NCBI GenBank assembly: GCA_963827165.1
Contig: CAWGZR010000003.1
Location: forward strand, 224,001-288,000
DNA: 64,000 bases
Source of the DNA: Candidatus Bathyarchaeota archaeon
GTDB lineage: Archaea; Thermoproteota; Bathyarchaeia; Bathyarchaeales; Bathycorpusculaceae
Direction of reading: 5' to 3'
In this document: positions 10,073 through 19,712 of the stretch, one piece after another
Layout: each line of letters begins with the position of its first letter
Position numbering within the stretch: position 1 is the first letter of the stretch
Translations under genes and position numbers: made by a program
Notes under the pieces: generated by a model
Told to the model about the DNA's origin: nothing
Databases searched by the model: none
What the model saw: only the letters and a program-made list of their open reading frames with translations

Positions 10073-11617
10073 TTAGCTTGGTCCTACGTTCGGATTCAAT
10101 CCCATTTGGAGTGGGTTGAATGTTTTTGCCAGTAACATTTGGGATAACACTAGGGACACGTACGCAACCGAAGCCAGTATAGCTGCGTGCTTGAATCCTG
10201 CGCCCAAGTTGCCTTCGCTGATTTTGCCTATGAAAAATCCTGAAATCCAACATTGGATGATTATTCCAACGGAAAACGTTCCAAGTTGGCTTTGCATCAC
10301 TGAAGTGGTTGATGCTAAGACACTGCTACTTACCACGCCAGAGATCATGTTTGCTGTAAATGCTACTATTACTGTGGTAACTGCGATTAATACGCTCCAC
10401 ATAAGGGCAAGAAGCACATATGGCTTCAATAGTTCACGGCGGTTAATCTGAAGTTCTCGTTCTTTTTCGCTATATTCCGCAAGTATTTCAAGTGACTGGA
10501 TAGAGTTCCCGCCGACTTCTATGGTTTCAACTACCATGGCGAAGTTAATTATGACAAACCAGCTACGAATTTTAGTGCGCAAGTTATCAAAAGTCTTTCT
10601 TAGAGGAATACCCCACTCTATTTGACTGCGCATTAGATCCAGAAATTTTGAGAATGATCCGTAGTCCTTCCTTTTTGTGGCTTGAATGATACTTTTCTCA
10701 GGGGAAAGACCTGCTTTCTGGGACTCGGATATGTTTCGAATGAACGCTGGAATTGAATCTTCAGCATTATAGTTTATTTTGGAAATTTGACGGTATTGAA
10801 TAGCAATCGGCACTGAAGAAGCGACCAAGCAAATAGTGGTAACTTCAGGTAACCCTATTGGGCCTAACCCTTTCGATAATGAAGGAAGCAACCCAAAAGC
10901 ACCTATCACCGCAAAAGCAGGAATCACAAACATCAACGCTTTTTTATAAAGGTCTTTCAAGTTTGGGAAAGCACTTTTTTGCATGCTGTGAGCCATCAAG
11001 ATGAAGAGAACGGACATGAAGGGGAGCAAGATGAATGCTATTAAGTAAGAAATCGTAGGTGAAATGGAGACGGACATTCCCCCCGTGAGTGCACCAATGT
11101 TTGAAGCTGATAGAACGACAAAGAGAATGTATGTGCATAATACGACTATTAGCATAACCGAGTATGCTTCAACCAGAGTTACAATCCTCTCTATTGAGCG
11201 GTTGAGACCGTTAGTTCTTAGCTCAAAGATTTCTTTTAGCTGGCTTTTCATGTAATCGACTAGTTTTCCGCCGCTTCTAATTGATGAGACAAATCCGCCG
11301 AGGAAATTTCTGTACTGCTTTGACACCGTAGTTTCTGCCCGAAGCTGCATGACTGTAAGGGGATCTTTGCCTAGAACCTCGACTTGGCGAATAATTTCCT
11401 CTGCTTCTTTTTTGAACCACGGAAGGAACGAGAGTTTTCGCATTTTCTTCCAACTGTCATATGGGGAGACTCCGCTTGCAGCTAAAAGAGTAAAAACAAT
11501 CAATGCAAATGGGAGTTCCGATTCAGTTTTTTCTTTTTCTTCGCTTCCAGCTTTTGAGATGGATCCGAAAAGCTTGCCGATAAATCCGCCAGGCACCTTC
11601 ATCTCAGGATTCCTCAT
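10073..11617 (-). CDS. Type IV pilus membrane platform (TadC/PilC/ArlJ family, two T2SSF domains)
   Basis: Multi-pass membrane protein with duplicated T2SSF-like domains, downstream of the ATPase. Confidence 0.9.
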   Translation of the reverse strand: MRNPEMKVPGGFIGKLFGSISKAGSEEKEKTESELPFALIVFTLLAASGVSPYDSWKKMRKLSFLPWFKKEAEEIIRQVEVLGKDPLTVMQLRAETTVSKQYRNFLGGFVSSIRSGGKLVDYMKSQLKEIFELRTNGLNRSIERIVTLVEAYSVMLIVVLCTYILFVVLSASNIGALTGGMSVSISPTISYLIAFILLPFMSVLFILMAHSMQKSAFPNLKDLYKKALMFVIPAFAVIGAFGLLPSLSKGLGPIGLPEVTTICLVASSVPIAIQYRQISKINYNAEDSIPAFIRNISESQKAGLSPEKSIIQATKRKDYGSFSKFLDLMRSQIEWGIPLRKTFDNLRTKIRSWFVIINFAMVVETIEVGGNSIQSLEILAEYSEKERELQINRRELLKPYVLLALMWSVLIAVTTVIVAFTANMISGVVSSSVLASTTSVMQSQLGTFSVGIIIQCWISGFFIGKISEGNLGAGFKHAAILASVAYVSLVLSQMLLAKTFNPLQMGLNPNVGPS

Positions 11618-13196
11618 TTGAAGCTTCTTTAACGGCTAACTCTGCAAGGTTGAGTGAGCTGTTTAACGCTTTGTGCACGCTTCTGAAGTCTCGGAGGTTT
11701 TTACTGACCATGTTTAGAAGGATCTGTTTTCTTCGTTGAAACTCTTCTTCAACTACGCTTAAGGGTGCATCTAGATTCTTTGCGATTTTATTGAACAAGT
11801 AGCTCTTGTCGAGGGTTTCCTGGAATGTGTCTGTTGAAATGTTCCAGCTGAACACTTCAAGGGGAAGGCCGCTGTCGGTAATTTCAGCAATTTTAACGAA
11901 TTTTCGTGAAGAAACCTTTCTTTCTTGAAGGTTGATGCTTTGGGTTTTGACTTGCTTAACGACTATGACACAATTCATCAGCGAGAGAATGTTCTGTGGA
12001 ATGTTCATAGGAGGCTGCGTGAGCCTTTTTATGACCGTATCCACATCGTCAGCATGCATAGTGCACATTCCACCGTGGCCTGTAGCTAAAGCCTGGAAAA
12101 GCACGTATGCTTCTTCGCCTCTAATTTCGCCTACAAGAATCAAAGCTGGCCTATGCCTTACGGCTGACTTTATCAAGTCATAAAGTGTGACTTCTCCCGT
12201 GCTGTCCCCACCGAAACCAGTTCTCGCAATCGTTGAAACCCAGTTTTCTTGCGGCAAGTTGATTTCTTGGACTTCCTCAACGGAAACCATCTTGAAATCT
12301 GGACGTACCAAGCATGCAATGGCGTTCAACGCGGTTGTTTTTCCAGCGCCTGTTGGACCCACGATCATTACTGACATTTTGTTTTCCATCAGCATCCAGA
12401 GATAAGCGGCGATTGACTCGTCGATTGTTTCGTTCATAATTAAGTCGACTATGGTTAGAGGGTCATCTTTGAATTTTCTGATGGTGAAGCTGGTTCCTGC
12501 TGGGGTTGTTTCTTTTCCGAATGAAACTGCGAGCCTGTGCTTTCCGGGAAGAGTCAAATCAACTATGGGATGCGCTATGCTAACATGTTTCCCTTGCCTG
12601 TGCACAATCCGTGTTATGAAGTCGTCAAGTTCTTCCTCTTCTGTAAAAATGATGTTGGTTCGTGCGTTAGCGTATTTTCTATGATAAATGTATACGGCTT
12701 TGTTTATGCCCAAGACACTTATGTCTTCTATTTGCTGGTCACAAATCAGACCATCTATTTTTCCGTAGCCGATCAAATCTTTTTCGAGATAATAAATTAT
12801 TTTTTTTATGCCTACGTGGTTAGCTCCTTCGAAGGCTTTTTGATGTTCTTCAATAATTGTTGGAAGTTGCCTATGGAACGAGTCAACCAGAGTTTCATCA
12901 AATCGTGGCGCTTTGAGTTCATACTCTAATATGTTCTTTAGTTGGTTGTATGACTCCCGCTCTTCTCGAGTAAGCGTCAGTTCGTCGACTGCATAGAAGT
13001 AGCTGCCCTCGGATTCGTCTTGGAAGATCCAGGCATAAGAGAACGGCGGATTAAGAGGGTAACTTTCAACTTCAACGTAACCCTCAGGCACCTTATAGCC
13101 TTGAATACCTAAGTATGCCACAAGTTCCTCATCGGAAGTTTTAACTTTCGCTTCCTCTTCATCCCGTTTCTTTTTTCCCAATTTCATTTTCATCAT
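11604..13196 (-). CDS. Type IV pilus assembly ATPase (VirB11/TadA/ArlI family)
   Basis: Walker A GPTGAGKTT, VSVEEVQEI Asp box, LVGEIRG Walker B, TGHGGMCTMHA His box. Confidence 0.95.
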   Translation of the reverse strand: MMKMKLGKKKRDEEEAKVKTSDEELVAYLGIQGYKVPEGYVEVESYPLNPPFSYAWIFQDESEGSYFYAVDELTLTREERESYNQLKNILEYELKAPRFDETLVDSFHRQLPTIIEEHQKAFEGANHVGIKKIIYYLEKDLIGYGKIDGLICDQQIEDISVLGINKAVYIYHRKYANARTNIIFTEEEELDDFITRIVHRQGKHVSIAHPIVDLTLPGKHRLAVSFGKETTPAGTSFTIRKFKDDPLTIVDLIMNETIDESIAAYLWMLMENKMSVMIVGPTGAGKTTALNAIACLVRPDFKMVSVEEVQEINLPQENWVSTIARTGFGGDSTGEVTLYDLIKSAVRHRPALILVGEIRGEEAYVLFQALATGHGGMCTMHADDVDTVIKRLTQPPMNIPQNILSLMNCVIVVKQVKTQSINLQERKVSSRKFVKIAEITDSGLPLEVFSWNISTDTFQETLDKSYLFNKIAKNLDAPLSVVEEEFQRRKQILLNMVSKNLRDFRSVHKALNSSLNLAELAVKEASNEES

Positions 13197-13636
13197 TCAC
13201 CTGACAAAGTTAAGCTGACGGTTTTGTTTACACAAGAGCATTGCAAAAGAGGCCTGCCGTAAGTACTAATGAAAGCCCCTGAAGCGACTACCTGGGCTGG
13301 TATGCAGACGCCTGACGGATTCAGGTTGACTGTTGATCCAAGTCCTGAGCCAACCCATGCTCCAGAAGAATCGTTTGCAATGCAGATCCAATAAACTTGG
13401 TTTCCCACTTGGGTTGGCAGATCCAAATATTGCGTTACATTTTCGTTGTCTTGAGTTACGTGCGAAAGAATAAGGAGACTTTGTGTGGCAACGTATTGTT
13501 CAATGTTTGTCAATTGCTGGCTTTCCGCTTCGTTTTTTACGTTTGCCGTGGCGAGGCAGCAGCTTGCGACGATAATGACTCCTACTATAAGCGAGGCAAA
13601 CAAAGAATAAACCCATCCTGGAATTATCGACGGCAT
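13193..13636 (-). CDS. Minor pilin-like protein
   Basis: N-terminal hydrophobic helix, 'LDLPTQVGNQVYWICI' pattern of archaeal pilus accessory proteins. Confidence 0.65.
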   Translation of the reverse strand: MPSIIPGWVYSLFASLIVGVIIVASCCLATANVKNEAESQQLTNIEQYVATQSLLILSHVTQDNENVTQYLDLPTQVGNQVYWICIANDSSGAWVGSGLGSTVNLNPSGVCIPAQVVASGAFISTYGRPLLQCSCVNKTVSLTLSGE

Positions 13637-13639
13637 TGT

Positions 13640-14479
13640 TTACGGTGTGTCCTCCTCGACTGATACGTTGGAAATGACAATCTGAACGTGAATAATCGCA
13701 CCAGCGGGAGTGCTCGAAATCGGCACAGAAACCTTTCCAAATATACCATTCAATTGCGAAGTAACTACAAAGTTTTCAGTTTGATGGTTAATTTGGTAAG
13801 TTGCAGTTGTCATCTGGGCACTTAAGCAAGAGATCTTCAGCGGAAGCTCTCCACACAACGAAAGTGGTGTCGACGAATTCAAGTTAACAATGTAAATGCG
13901 AATGTCTGTTACTGCTTGACCGTTTTCTGTTCCAGCAGGTGCATAGGTTAATTCCGGTCGGTATCCTAAATGGATTTGAGGCCCCTGTAAGCTGCCTGCA
14001 ATGAAAAGCTGGCTTGTTGATGAGCCACTTTGGTTCGTAATTGCGCTGCTATCGCCTTCGATGTAGAATCCTAAGTCGGCTGATTGTGAAGGAGGTAGAT
14101 CATATACGATTTGGCCCATATTTGAGTTGAAGATGGTTTCGTTGGTTCCTGCGTTCTCTAAAACACTCAACATCAAATTGTTAGAAGATGGTTGAATGTT
14201 TATCTGTCCGCCTGAATCCCGGAAGTCAAGGACGGATGCTGACCCTGGCTGAGAAATTACAGACAAGATGTTGTTATCTAAAGAAGTCATATCTTGTTGT
14301 GCAGTTAACACTTGCAAAGACTGCTGCCGATCGTTGACCTGCTGAACGGCAAACACGTAAGTTACCGATATCAAAAGCAAAGTCGAAACGAAGAGAATCA
14401 GGTAAGTTACAGGTACAGCTAACGCTTTGCTGGAATGAAGGAAACGGGGATGCGTGTGTTTCCGCGAAGTCACCGTCAA
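13640..14479 (-). CDS. Minor pilin-like protein (class III signal peptide)
   Basis: SSKA|LAVPVTYLILFVSTLLLISVTY followed by an amphipathic helix. Confidence 0.72.
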   Translation of the reverse strand: MTVTSRKHTHPRFLHSSKALAVPVTYLILFVSTLLLISVTYVFAVQQVNDRQQSLQVLTAQQDMTSLDNNILSVISQPGSASVLDFRDSGGQINIQPSSNNLMLSVLENAGTNETIFNSNMGQIVYDLPPSQSADLGFYIEGDSSAITNQSGSSTSQLFIAGSLQGPQIHLGYRPELTYAPAGTENGQAVTDIRIYIVNLNSSTPLSLCGELPLKISCLSAQMTTATYQINHQTENFVVTSQLNGIFGKVSVPISSTPAGAIIHVQIVISNVSVEEDTP

Positions 14480-14917
14480 ATGTCTTTTCAGCCTACCTGT
14501 ACCTTTCGTTAATAGAAGTTCAGGGAAAGTGCATTAAGCCGTTTGTGCGTCACACATAATACATAACTAAAAGAAGACCTGCAAGACACAAACAAACCCG
14601 GCCATGTAATGCTCATCTTCTTCGATTGGTTTGAAAATTAGTGAAGAGTCCAATGAATTCACTCTTTGAATCATTAGGGAAAAAGTGATGTCGTTTTTGT
14701 TTTTATTATGTAGTTTTACAATATTGCGTGTTACTTCATTGTTTTGGTGCATAACTCTTTTATGTTAATTTCTTGAATATTAATACAGCTTAGTTAAGCG
14801 GTGTGAGATAAAGCCTTCCCCCCCAACAAGAAAAGCTAATGGATTCAGGATCGCAGACAACGCTTCCAGCCCAAATAAAGTAAAGGACGAGGAAAACATG
14901 TTTCCGCCCGAATAGCC

Positions 14918-15349
14918 ATGAGAGTTGAAAGCTTTGAAGCAATGACTAAAATCGTAATCGCGCTTTTTGTTTCCGTTCTATTTCTCCACGTCGTAGCAGC
15001 TTTGTTAACCTACATTACTGTCAGCTCAGGCAGGTACGTTGAAGGCAACCCAACCACTGCAATGCTCCAAATTAGATATGGCTTAACTGACGGGTTAATG
15101 TTGACCTTACTCCAGGGAGCGCTATTGTCAATAATTCCTTTAATGACCTACATAGGATCATTAAAATATGCACAATCAAACCTTGTGCCGCCGTTCGAAA
15201 AAGCGGGCCTTTTGCAGATGGTAAAATACTTCTTTTTTCCCTTAGCCATTTCCGTTTTGGTTTATCTTACTTTGATAGCTGGGGCAGACGTTATCCACGA
15301 CTTAGCCATTGTTTTTAGCAACGGACACCTAAACTTGTGGAGTTTTTAG
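14918..15349 (+). CDS. Small integral membrane protein (EGNP motif, DUF5658-like)
   Basis: 3-4 hydrophobic helices, LTY...VEGNP motif. Confidence 0.55.
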   Translation: MRVESFEAMTKIVIALFVSVLFLHVVAALLTYITVSSGRYVEGNPTTAMLQIRYGLTDGLMLTLLQGALLSIIPLMTYIGSLKYAQSNLVPPFEKAGLLQMVKYFFFPLAISVLVYLTLIAGADVIHDLAIVFSNGHLNLWSF

Positions 15350-15638
15350 AAACAAAAAACCGCGGCAAATGAACATCAAAGAAGCCCACTATTGTATTCA
15401 CAGTTTTTGTTCGCCACAATCTGTAGCCGGAAAGTTTGCCAAATAGTTATCGATAACTTGATTTCCCGACATTTAACTCGAGGGATTGAACCTATATGTT
15501 TGATGTCATTGCAGAATAATAATCATAAAATTAATGACCGCGTGCTGTGTAAAAGGAAGTTTTCTATTATTTAAACAAAAAAAGAAAGTGGGGGGATTTT
15601 GTGGGGGTAGATTATATTTATGGATATTTAATCTACGA

Positions 15639-16231
15639 CTACGGATTGTACGCTTGGACGTTGGCTTCTTGGTAGTACATTGCTTGTGAAGTGAACACAG
15701 TGATTCCAACAGTTAAGCCAATGTCGTTAATTGTAATGCTGTCTGGGCAAACGACATAGACGGTCATGGTATCGCCAGATTTCAAAGTGATGTCGCCTGA
15801 GGCTGGGGATTGCCAGTTGCAGCTGCAATATTTGCGGCTGCAGAAACGCCTGTATCTCCAGAAGTGCCAGGCACATATAGAAGGTCGGTGGTTACGGTGA
15901 GCTACCTCGAAATAGATGGTGAGGCCGAAGATCTGCGGTTTGTCCTCTGACTGTGATTTTAGTTATAACAACGTCTCGTCCGCCAGTGTTAATTATCACA
16001 AAAGCCGCCTCAGGGGGTGTAACGCCAGTCTTATCCTCGATAGTTCCTTGTGGAACACCATACGTGGAGGTATTCAAGCGATAGACTTTCCTCTTGAACA
16101 CGTGTGCTAGTAACGTTGATTGCGTAGTAAGTGACGACGCCTGCGAGAAGCACTGAAACCACTAGAATAATCAATGTAGTAACGACTGTACTTAAAGCCA
16201 AACGATTCTTCAGTATATTCTTCATTTTCAT
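15639..16231 (-). pseudogene. Major pilin paralog A1, frameshifted (about 4 indels in variable segments; real or consensus artefact)
   Basis: MKMKNILKNRLA|LSTVVTTLIILVVSVLLAGVVTYYAINVTSTRVQEESL, then ...AAFVIINTGGRDVVITKITVRGQ..., then LKSGDTMTVYVVCPDSITINDIGLTVGITVFTSQAMYYQEANVQAYNP*, read across different frames. Confidence 0.85.
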
Positions 16232-16301
16232 TTTATTTTTCACTTGAAAAAACAAATCCGCAAACTAAAGATAAGTAAACTTGTGCATACAAAAAAAGAC
16301 A
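16232..16301. repeat. 70-bp upstream region duplicated at 17218-17287
   Basis: Identical tttatttttcacttgaaaaaacaaatccgc...gcatacaaaaaaagaca ahead of pilins A1 and A2. Confidence 0.9.
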
Positions 16302-16623
16302 GATAAAAACGAAAGAAAACTTTTTGAAATAATAAACTCTCAGTCTTTATTGATTTATTCAGTTTGTAGTGTTTCCTTGGGTTTAAACTGATATCATCCA
16401 ATGCTCCTGCTAAACTGAATTTCATAAGCCATGCATCGGAGTTTTCTTACAAGATACGATAATAGATCAAGTTGCTGATTCCTAAGCCATGTTACCCTTC
16501 AGATTCACATCCAAAAAACTATTCAGAGTTAGAACTAAGATCATTTATATTTGAAAAATTAAATTTATTATAAAAAGAAAAAGAAGGTGGGGGGTTTTTG
16601 TTGAATTGGAACTTCCTTTTAGC

Positions 16624-17217
16624 TTATGCGGCTTGGACGTTTGCTTCTTGGTAGTACATTGCTTGCGATGTGAACACAGTGATTCCAACTGTTAAGCCAA
16701 TGTCGTTGATGGTGATGCTGTCTGGCATTGGATGTAAGCAATCATGTGTATCGCCAGAATGAAGGGTTAATGTCGCCAGCTCCGGCGGTCAATTAACATG
16801 GTAGAGCTGTTATGACCCTGCTACCGAGACATTCAGCGATAGCATCGGCGGTTCATATTGTAGGTCAGCTGAATGAAGCTGTTAAGGTAGTAACTGGGTG
16901 ATATACCGGTAGTCCACAGCACCAAAGTCAGCGGTTTGTCCTCTGAATTGGATTTTATTTATAACCACGTCTCGTCCGCCAGTGTTAATTATCACAAAAG
17001 CAGCTTGAGCGGGATTACCACTGGTGGGGCCACCCGATGAAGTGACCAACGTGTAGGTATGTCAAGATAGACTTTCCTCTTGGACACGTGTGCTTGTAAC
17101 GTTGATTGCGTAGTATGTGACGACGCCTGCGAGAAGAACTGAAACCACTAGAATAATCAATGTAGTAACGACTGTACTTAAAGCCAAACGATTCTTCAGT
17201 ATATTCTTCATTCTCAT
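16624..17217 (-). pseudogene. Major pilin paralog A2, frameshifted (not in ORF track)
   Basis: MRMKNILKNRLA|LSTVVTTLII...QEESLS, QAAFVIINTGGRDVVINKIQFRGQTADFG, PDSITINDIGLTVGITVFTSQAMYYQEANVQAA*. Several indels in and next to the variable segments. Confidence 0.85.
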
Positions 17218-17300
17218 TTTATTTTTCACTTGAAAAAACAAATCCGCAAACTAAAGATAAGTAAACTTGTGCATACAAAAAAAGACAAATAAAAAAGAAA

Positions 17301-17324
17301 CAAAAAAGGGGTTTTTCAAACCCC
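17301..17324 (-). terminator. Putative terminator after pilin B1
   Basis: GGGGTTT-N3-AAACCCC hairpin followed by an oligo-T tract on the minus strand. Confidence 0.55.
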
Positions 17325-17340
17325 ATCCGCTATTTTAGTC

Positions 17341-18006
17341 TTAGTCAGCTTGTACGTTGCATTCTTGGTAGTACATTGCTTGTGCCGTGTAGATAGTTAT
17401 GCTGACTGTTAAGCCAATGTCGTTAATAGTAATGCTATCAGGATTAACGATGTAGAGCAGCATTGTATCACCCGATTTCAGAACCAAATCAGTTGAGGCG
17501 TAGCTAAATACGAATCCACCAGTGGTCACTGTGCCGCCAAGTAGACTAAATTGCTGTCCTGCAGGTGTTGTTGTGAGAGGGTCGGTTCCCGGTTGTACCA
17601 TAGTAGGCTGGAAGTACATGTCAGTTTGTATAGGCGAACTGGTTACTGAGTCCACTACAAATTGAGCGTCGTGAGTCGCGTCTACGAAGGATGACCATGC
17701 TGCGTCTTGTCCTCGGATCTCGATCTTCGTGATGACGACGTCTCTACCGCCAGTATTAATAACCTTAACAGAAGCCTGAGAATAAATTGCACTTCCTGCT
17801 GCTTGTCCTGGGTTGAGCCAAATGTGCGCGTCACTCAATGAAAGGCTTTCTTCTTGAACCCGTGTGCTAACGACGTTGATTGCATAGTAGGTGACGACTC
17901 CTGCCAAAAGCACGGAAATAACGAGAATAATTAGTGTTGCAACGACCTCGCTAAGAGCGTACTTGTTTTTCATGAATCTTTGGAAAGAATTGTAGTTGAG
18001 CTTCAA
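17341..18006 (-). CDS. Major type IV pilin paralog B1 (intact)
   Basis: Class III signal KNKYA|LSEVVATLIILVISVLLAGVV, INTGG motif, GGAGGTGA SD. Confidence 0.9.
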   Translation of the reverse strand: MKLNYNSFQRFMKNKYALSEVVATLIILVISVLLAGVVTYYAINVVSTRVQEESLSLSDAHIWLNPGQAAGSAIYSQASVKVINTGGRDVVITKIEIRGQDAAWSSFVDATHDAQFVVDSVTSSPIQTDMYFQPTMVQPGTDPLTTTPAGQQFSLLGGTVTTGGFVFSYASTDLVLKSGDTMLLYIVNPDSITINDIGLTVSITIYTAQAMYYQECNVQAD

Positions 18007-18201
18007 TTGTATTTTTCACCTCCCGCTATAGTGAAAAGCGATGAGTTTCTGATACCTGTGAATTTTTGATGTTTAACGTATGAACCCACCTTTAGTCATG
18101 CAGTTAGGCGGTTTCATTATAAATCTCTTCTGTAGCACGATTTAAGATACGGCGTACATGTCGAAAATAAGGTAGCACAAGCCAACTTCACAATATGAAT
18201 T
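18007..18201 (-). promoter_or_regulatory. About 195-bp upstream/promoter region duplicated at 19365-19555
   Basis: Near-identical sequences with SD GGAGGTGA, BRE/TATA GAAGAGATTTATAAT and two GTAGCAC direct repeats 40 bp apart. Confidence 0.8.
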
Positions 18202-18673
18202 CCAAATCACACGGCTTAAGGAAAATTGTGGACTATTGTCTTATATGAGTAGACTTCTCACGTTCATATTTTACTTACCCCAGATGATTTTTAGCTGTTA
18301 TCAATGTTTGTACGTCTTTTTTCCTTCAATCACAACAGCTTTAAAAAATCATTGAACTTTTTTTTAACGCCGGTGTTTCATCTGTTGCGTCAAACAGACG
18401 GGACTTTAGAAATCTTTGAAAAAGGCCCTGCCCTCTAAGCTGCTTCCGTAAACTCAAAATATCTTTGCAACGGAACCTTTCAATCTCTTTTTCAATCGAC
18501 CGCACTTCCTAAACGAGTTTTCGTTTCATCTGCAGACTAACAAGTGTCGAACGAAAACTAAGTTGTCTTTTAAATTTTGTTTCGATTAAGTTAAAAAAAA
18601 CAGATAAGGTAAAAATGGGGTTCTAATGCCCCCATACTCTGGACCATTTTGCGTTATGCGGTTTTTATTTTGC

Positions 18674-19364
18674 TTAGTTGGCTTGGACGTTGCATTCTTG
18701 GTAGTACATTGCCTGCGCAGTGTAGATGGTTATACTGACGGTTAAGCCAATGTCGTTGATGGTGATGCTGTCAGGATTGATTATGTAGAGCAGCATTGTG
18801 TCACCTGATTTGAGAACCAAGTCAGTGGTGGCGTAGTTGAAGATGATATTCCTCCGGCGGTTAGATGCTGGTGCAGTCGTTGCTAGCTAAGACCTGTTAA
18901 GGCCTGCATAGATTGGTTCTGTCTGGCTGCTGGGTCAGCTGTTGGGATTGCCATAGACTAGCCTTGGAAGTACATGTCAGTTTGTATAGGTGAATTAGTT
19001 ACTGAATAGATAACGAATTGACTGTCTAATGGGCACTGTCTGCCCAGGATGACCATGCGGCGTCTTGTCCTCGGATCTCAATCTTAGTGATGACGACGTC
19101 TCTACCGCCAGTATTAATGACCTTAAAAGAAGCCTGAGAATAGGTTGAACTTCCTGCTGCTTGACCTGGGTTGAGCCATATGTGCGCGTCACTCAAGGAA
19201 AGGCTTTCTTCTTGAACTCGTGTGCTAACGACGTTAATTGCGTAGTAGGTGACGACACCTGCCAAAAGCACTGAAATAACCAGGATAATTAGTGTTGCAA
19301 CGACCTCGCTAAGAGCGTACTTGTTTTTCATGAATCTTTGGAAAGAATTGTAGTTGAGCTTCAA
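18674..19364 (-). pseudogene. Major pilin paralog B2, disrupted in the variable segment
   Basis: First ~105 aa almost identical to B1. C-terminus FNYATTDLVLKSGDTMLLYIINPDSITINDIGLTVSITIYTAQAMYYQECNVQAN* intact. Stops and indels only between about 18850 and 19030. Confidence 0.85.
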
Positions 19365-19712
19365 TTGTATTTTTCACCTCCCACTATAGTGAAAAGCGAT
19401 GAGTTTCTGTACCTTGAATTTTTTGTTTAACGTATGAACCCACCTTTAGTATAGCAGTTAGGAGGTTTCATTATAAATCTCTTCTGTAGCACGATTTAAG
19501 ATACGGCGTACATGTCGAAAATAAGGTAGCACAAGTCAACTTCACAATATGAATTGTGAATTAGGCAGATAAGACGGATGGAATGGTTCTTGTTTGCGCC
19601 ATGAGCACAGAGGTTTGGCTAGGCTTAGAGTACTGCTTTTTGCTGAAGGAAAATGTAGTTTGAAATATTGATTTAGCCTTCATAAATGATATGGTCAGCA
19701 TATGCGTAACTT

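Noticed and set aside
15578-15610. G-quadruplex like the Neisseria pilE G4 (also 16587-16594)
   Set aside because: Only one or two G-runs. On the coding strand these are C-rich then T-rich tracts downstream of stop codons, which fits terminators better.
17062-17064. In-frame TGA in pilin A2 as selenocysteine, given the nearby selD
   Set aside because: Alignment to A1 (SLSLEYLHVW) shows the TGA results from a 1-nt deletion in TCT-TTG, with compensating indels after it. It is not a Cys-equivalent position.
15639-19364. Diversity-generating retroelement acting on the pilins
   Set aside because: No reverse transcriptase in the window. Differences between copies are not adenine-specific and include length changes.
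7832-19364. Archaellum operon
   Set aside because: No archaellin-type N-terminus and no ArlH, ArlF/G or ArlCDE recognisable. The accessory genes look like minor pilins.
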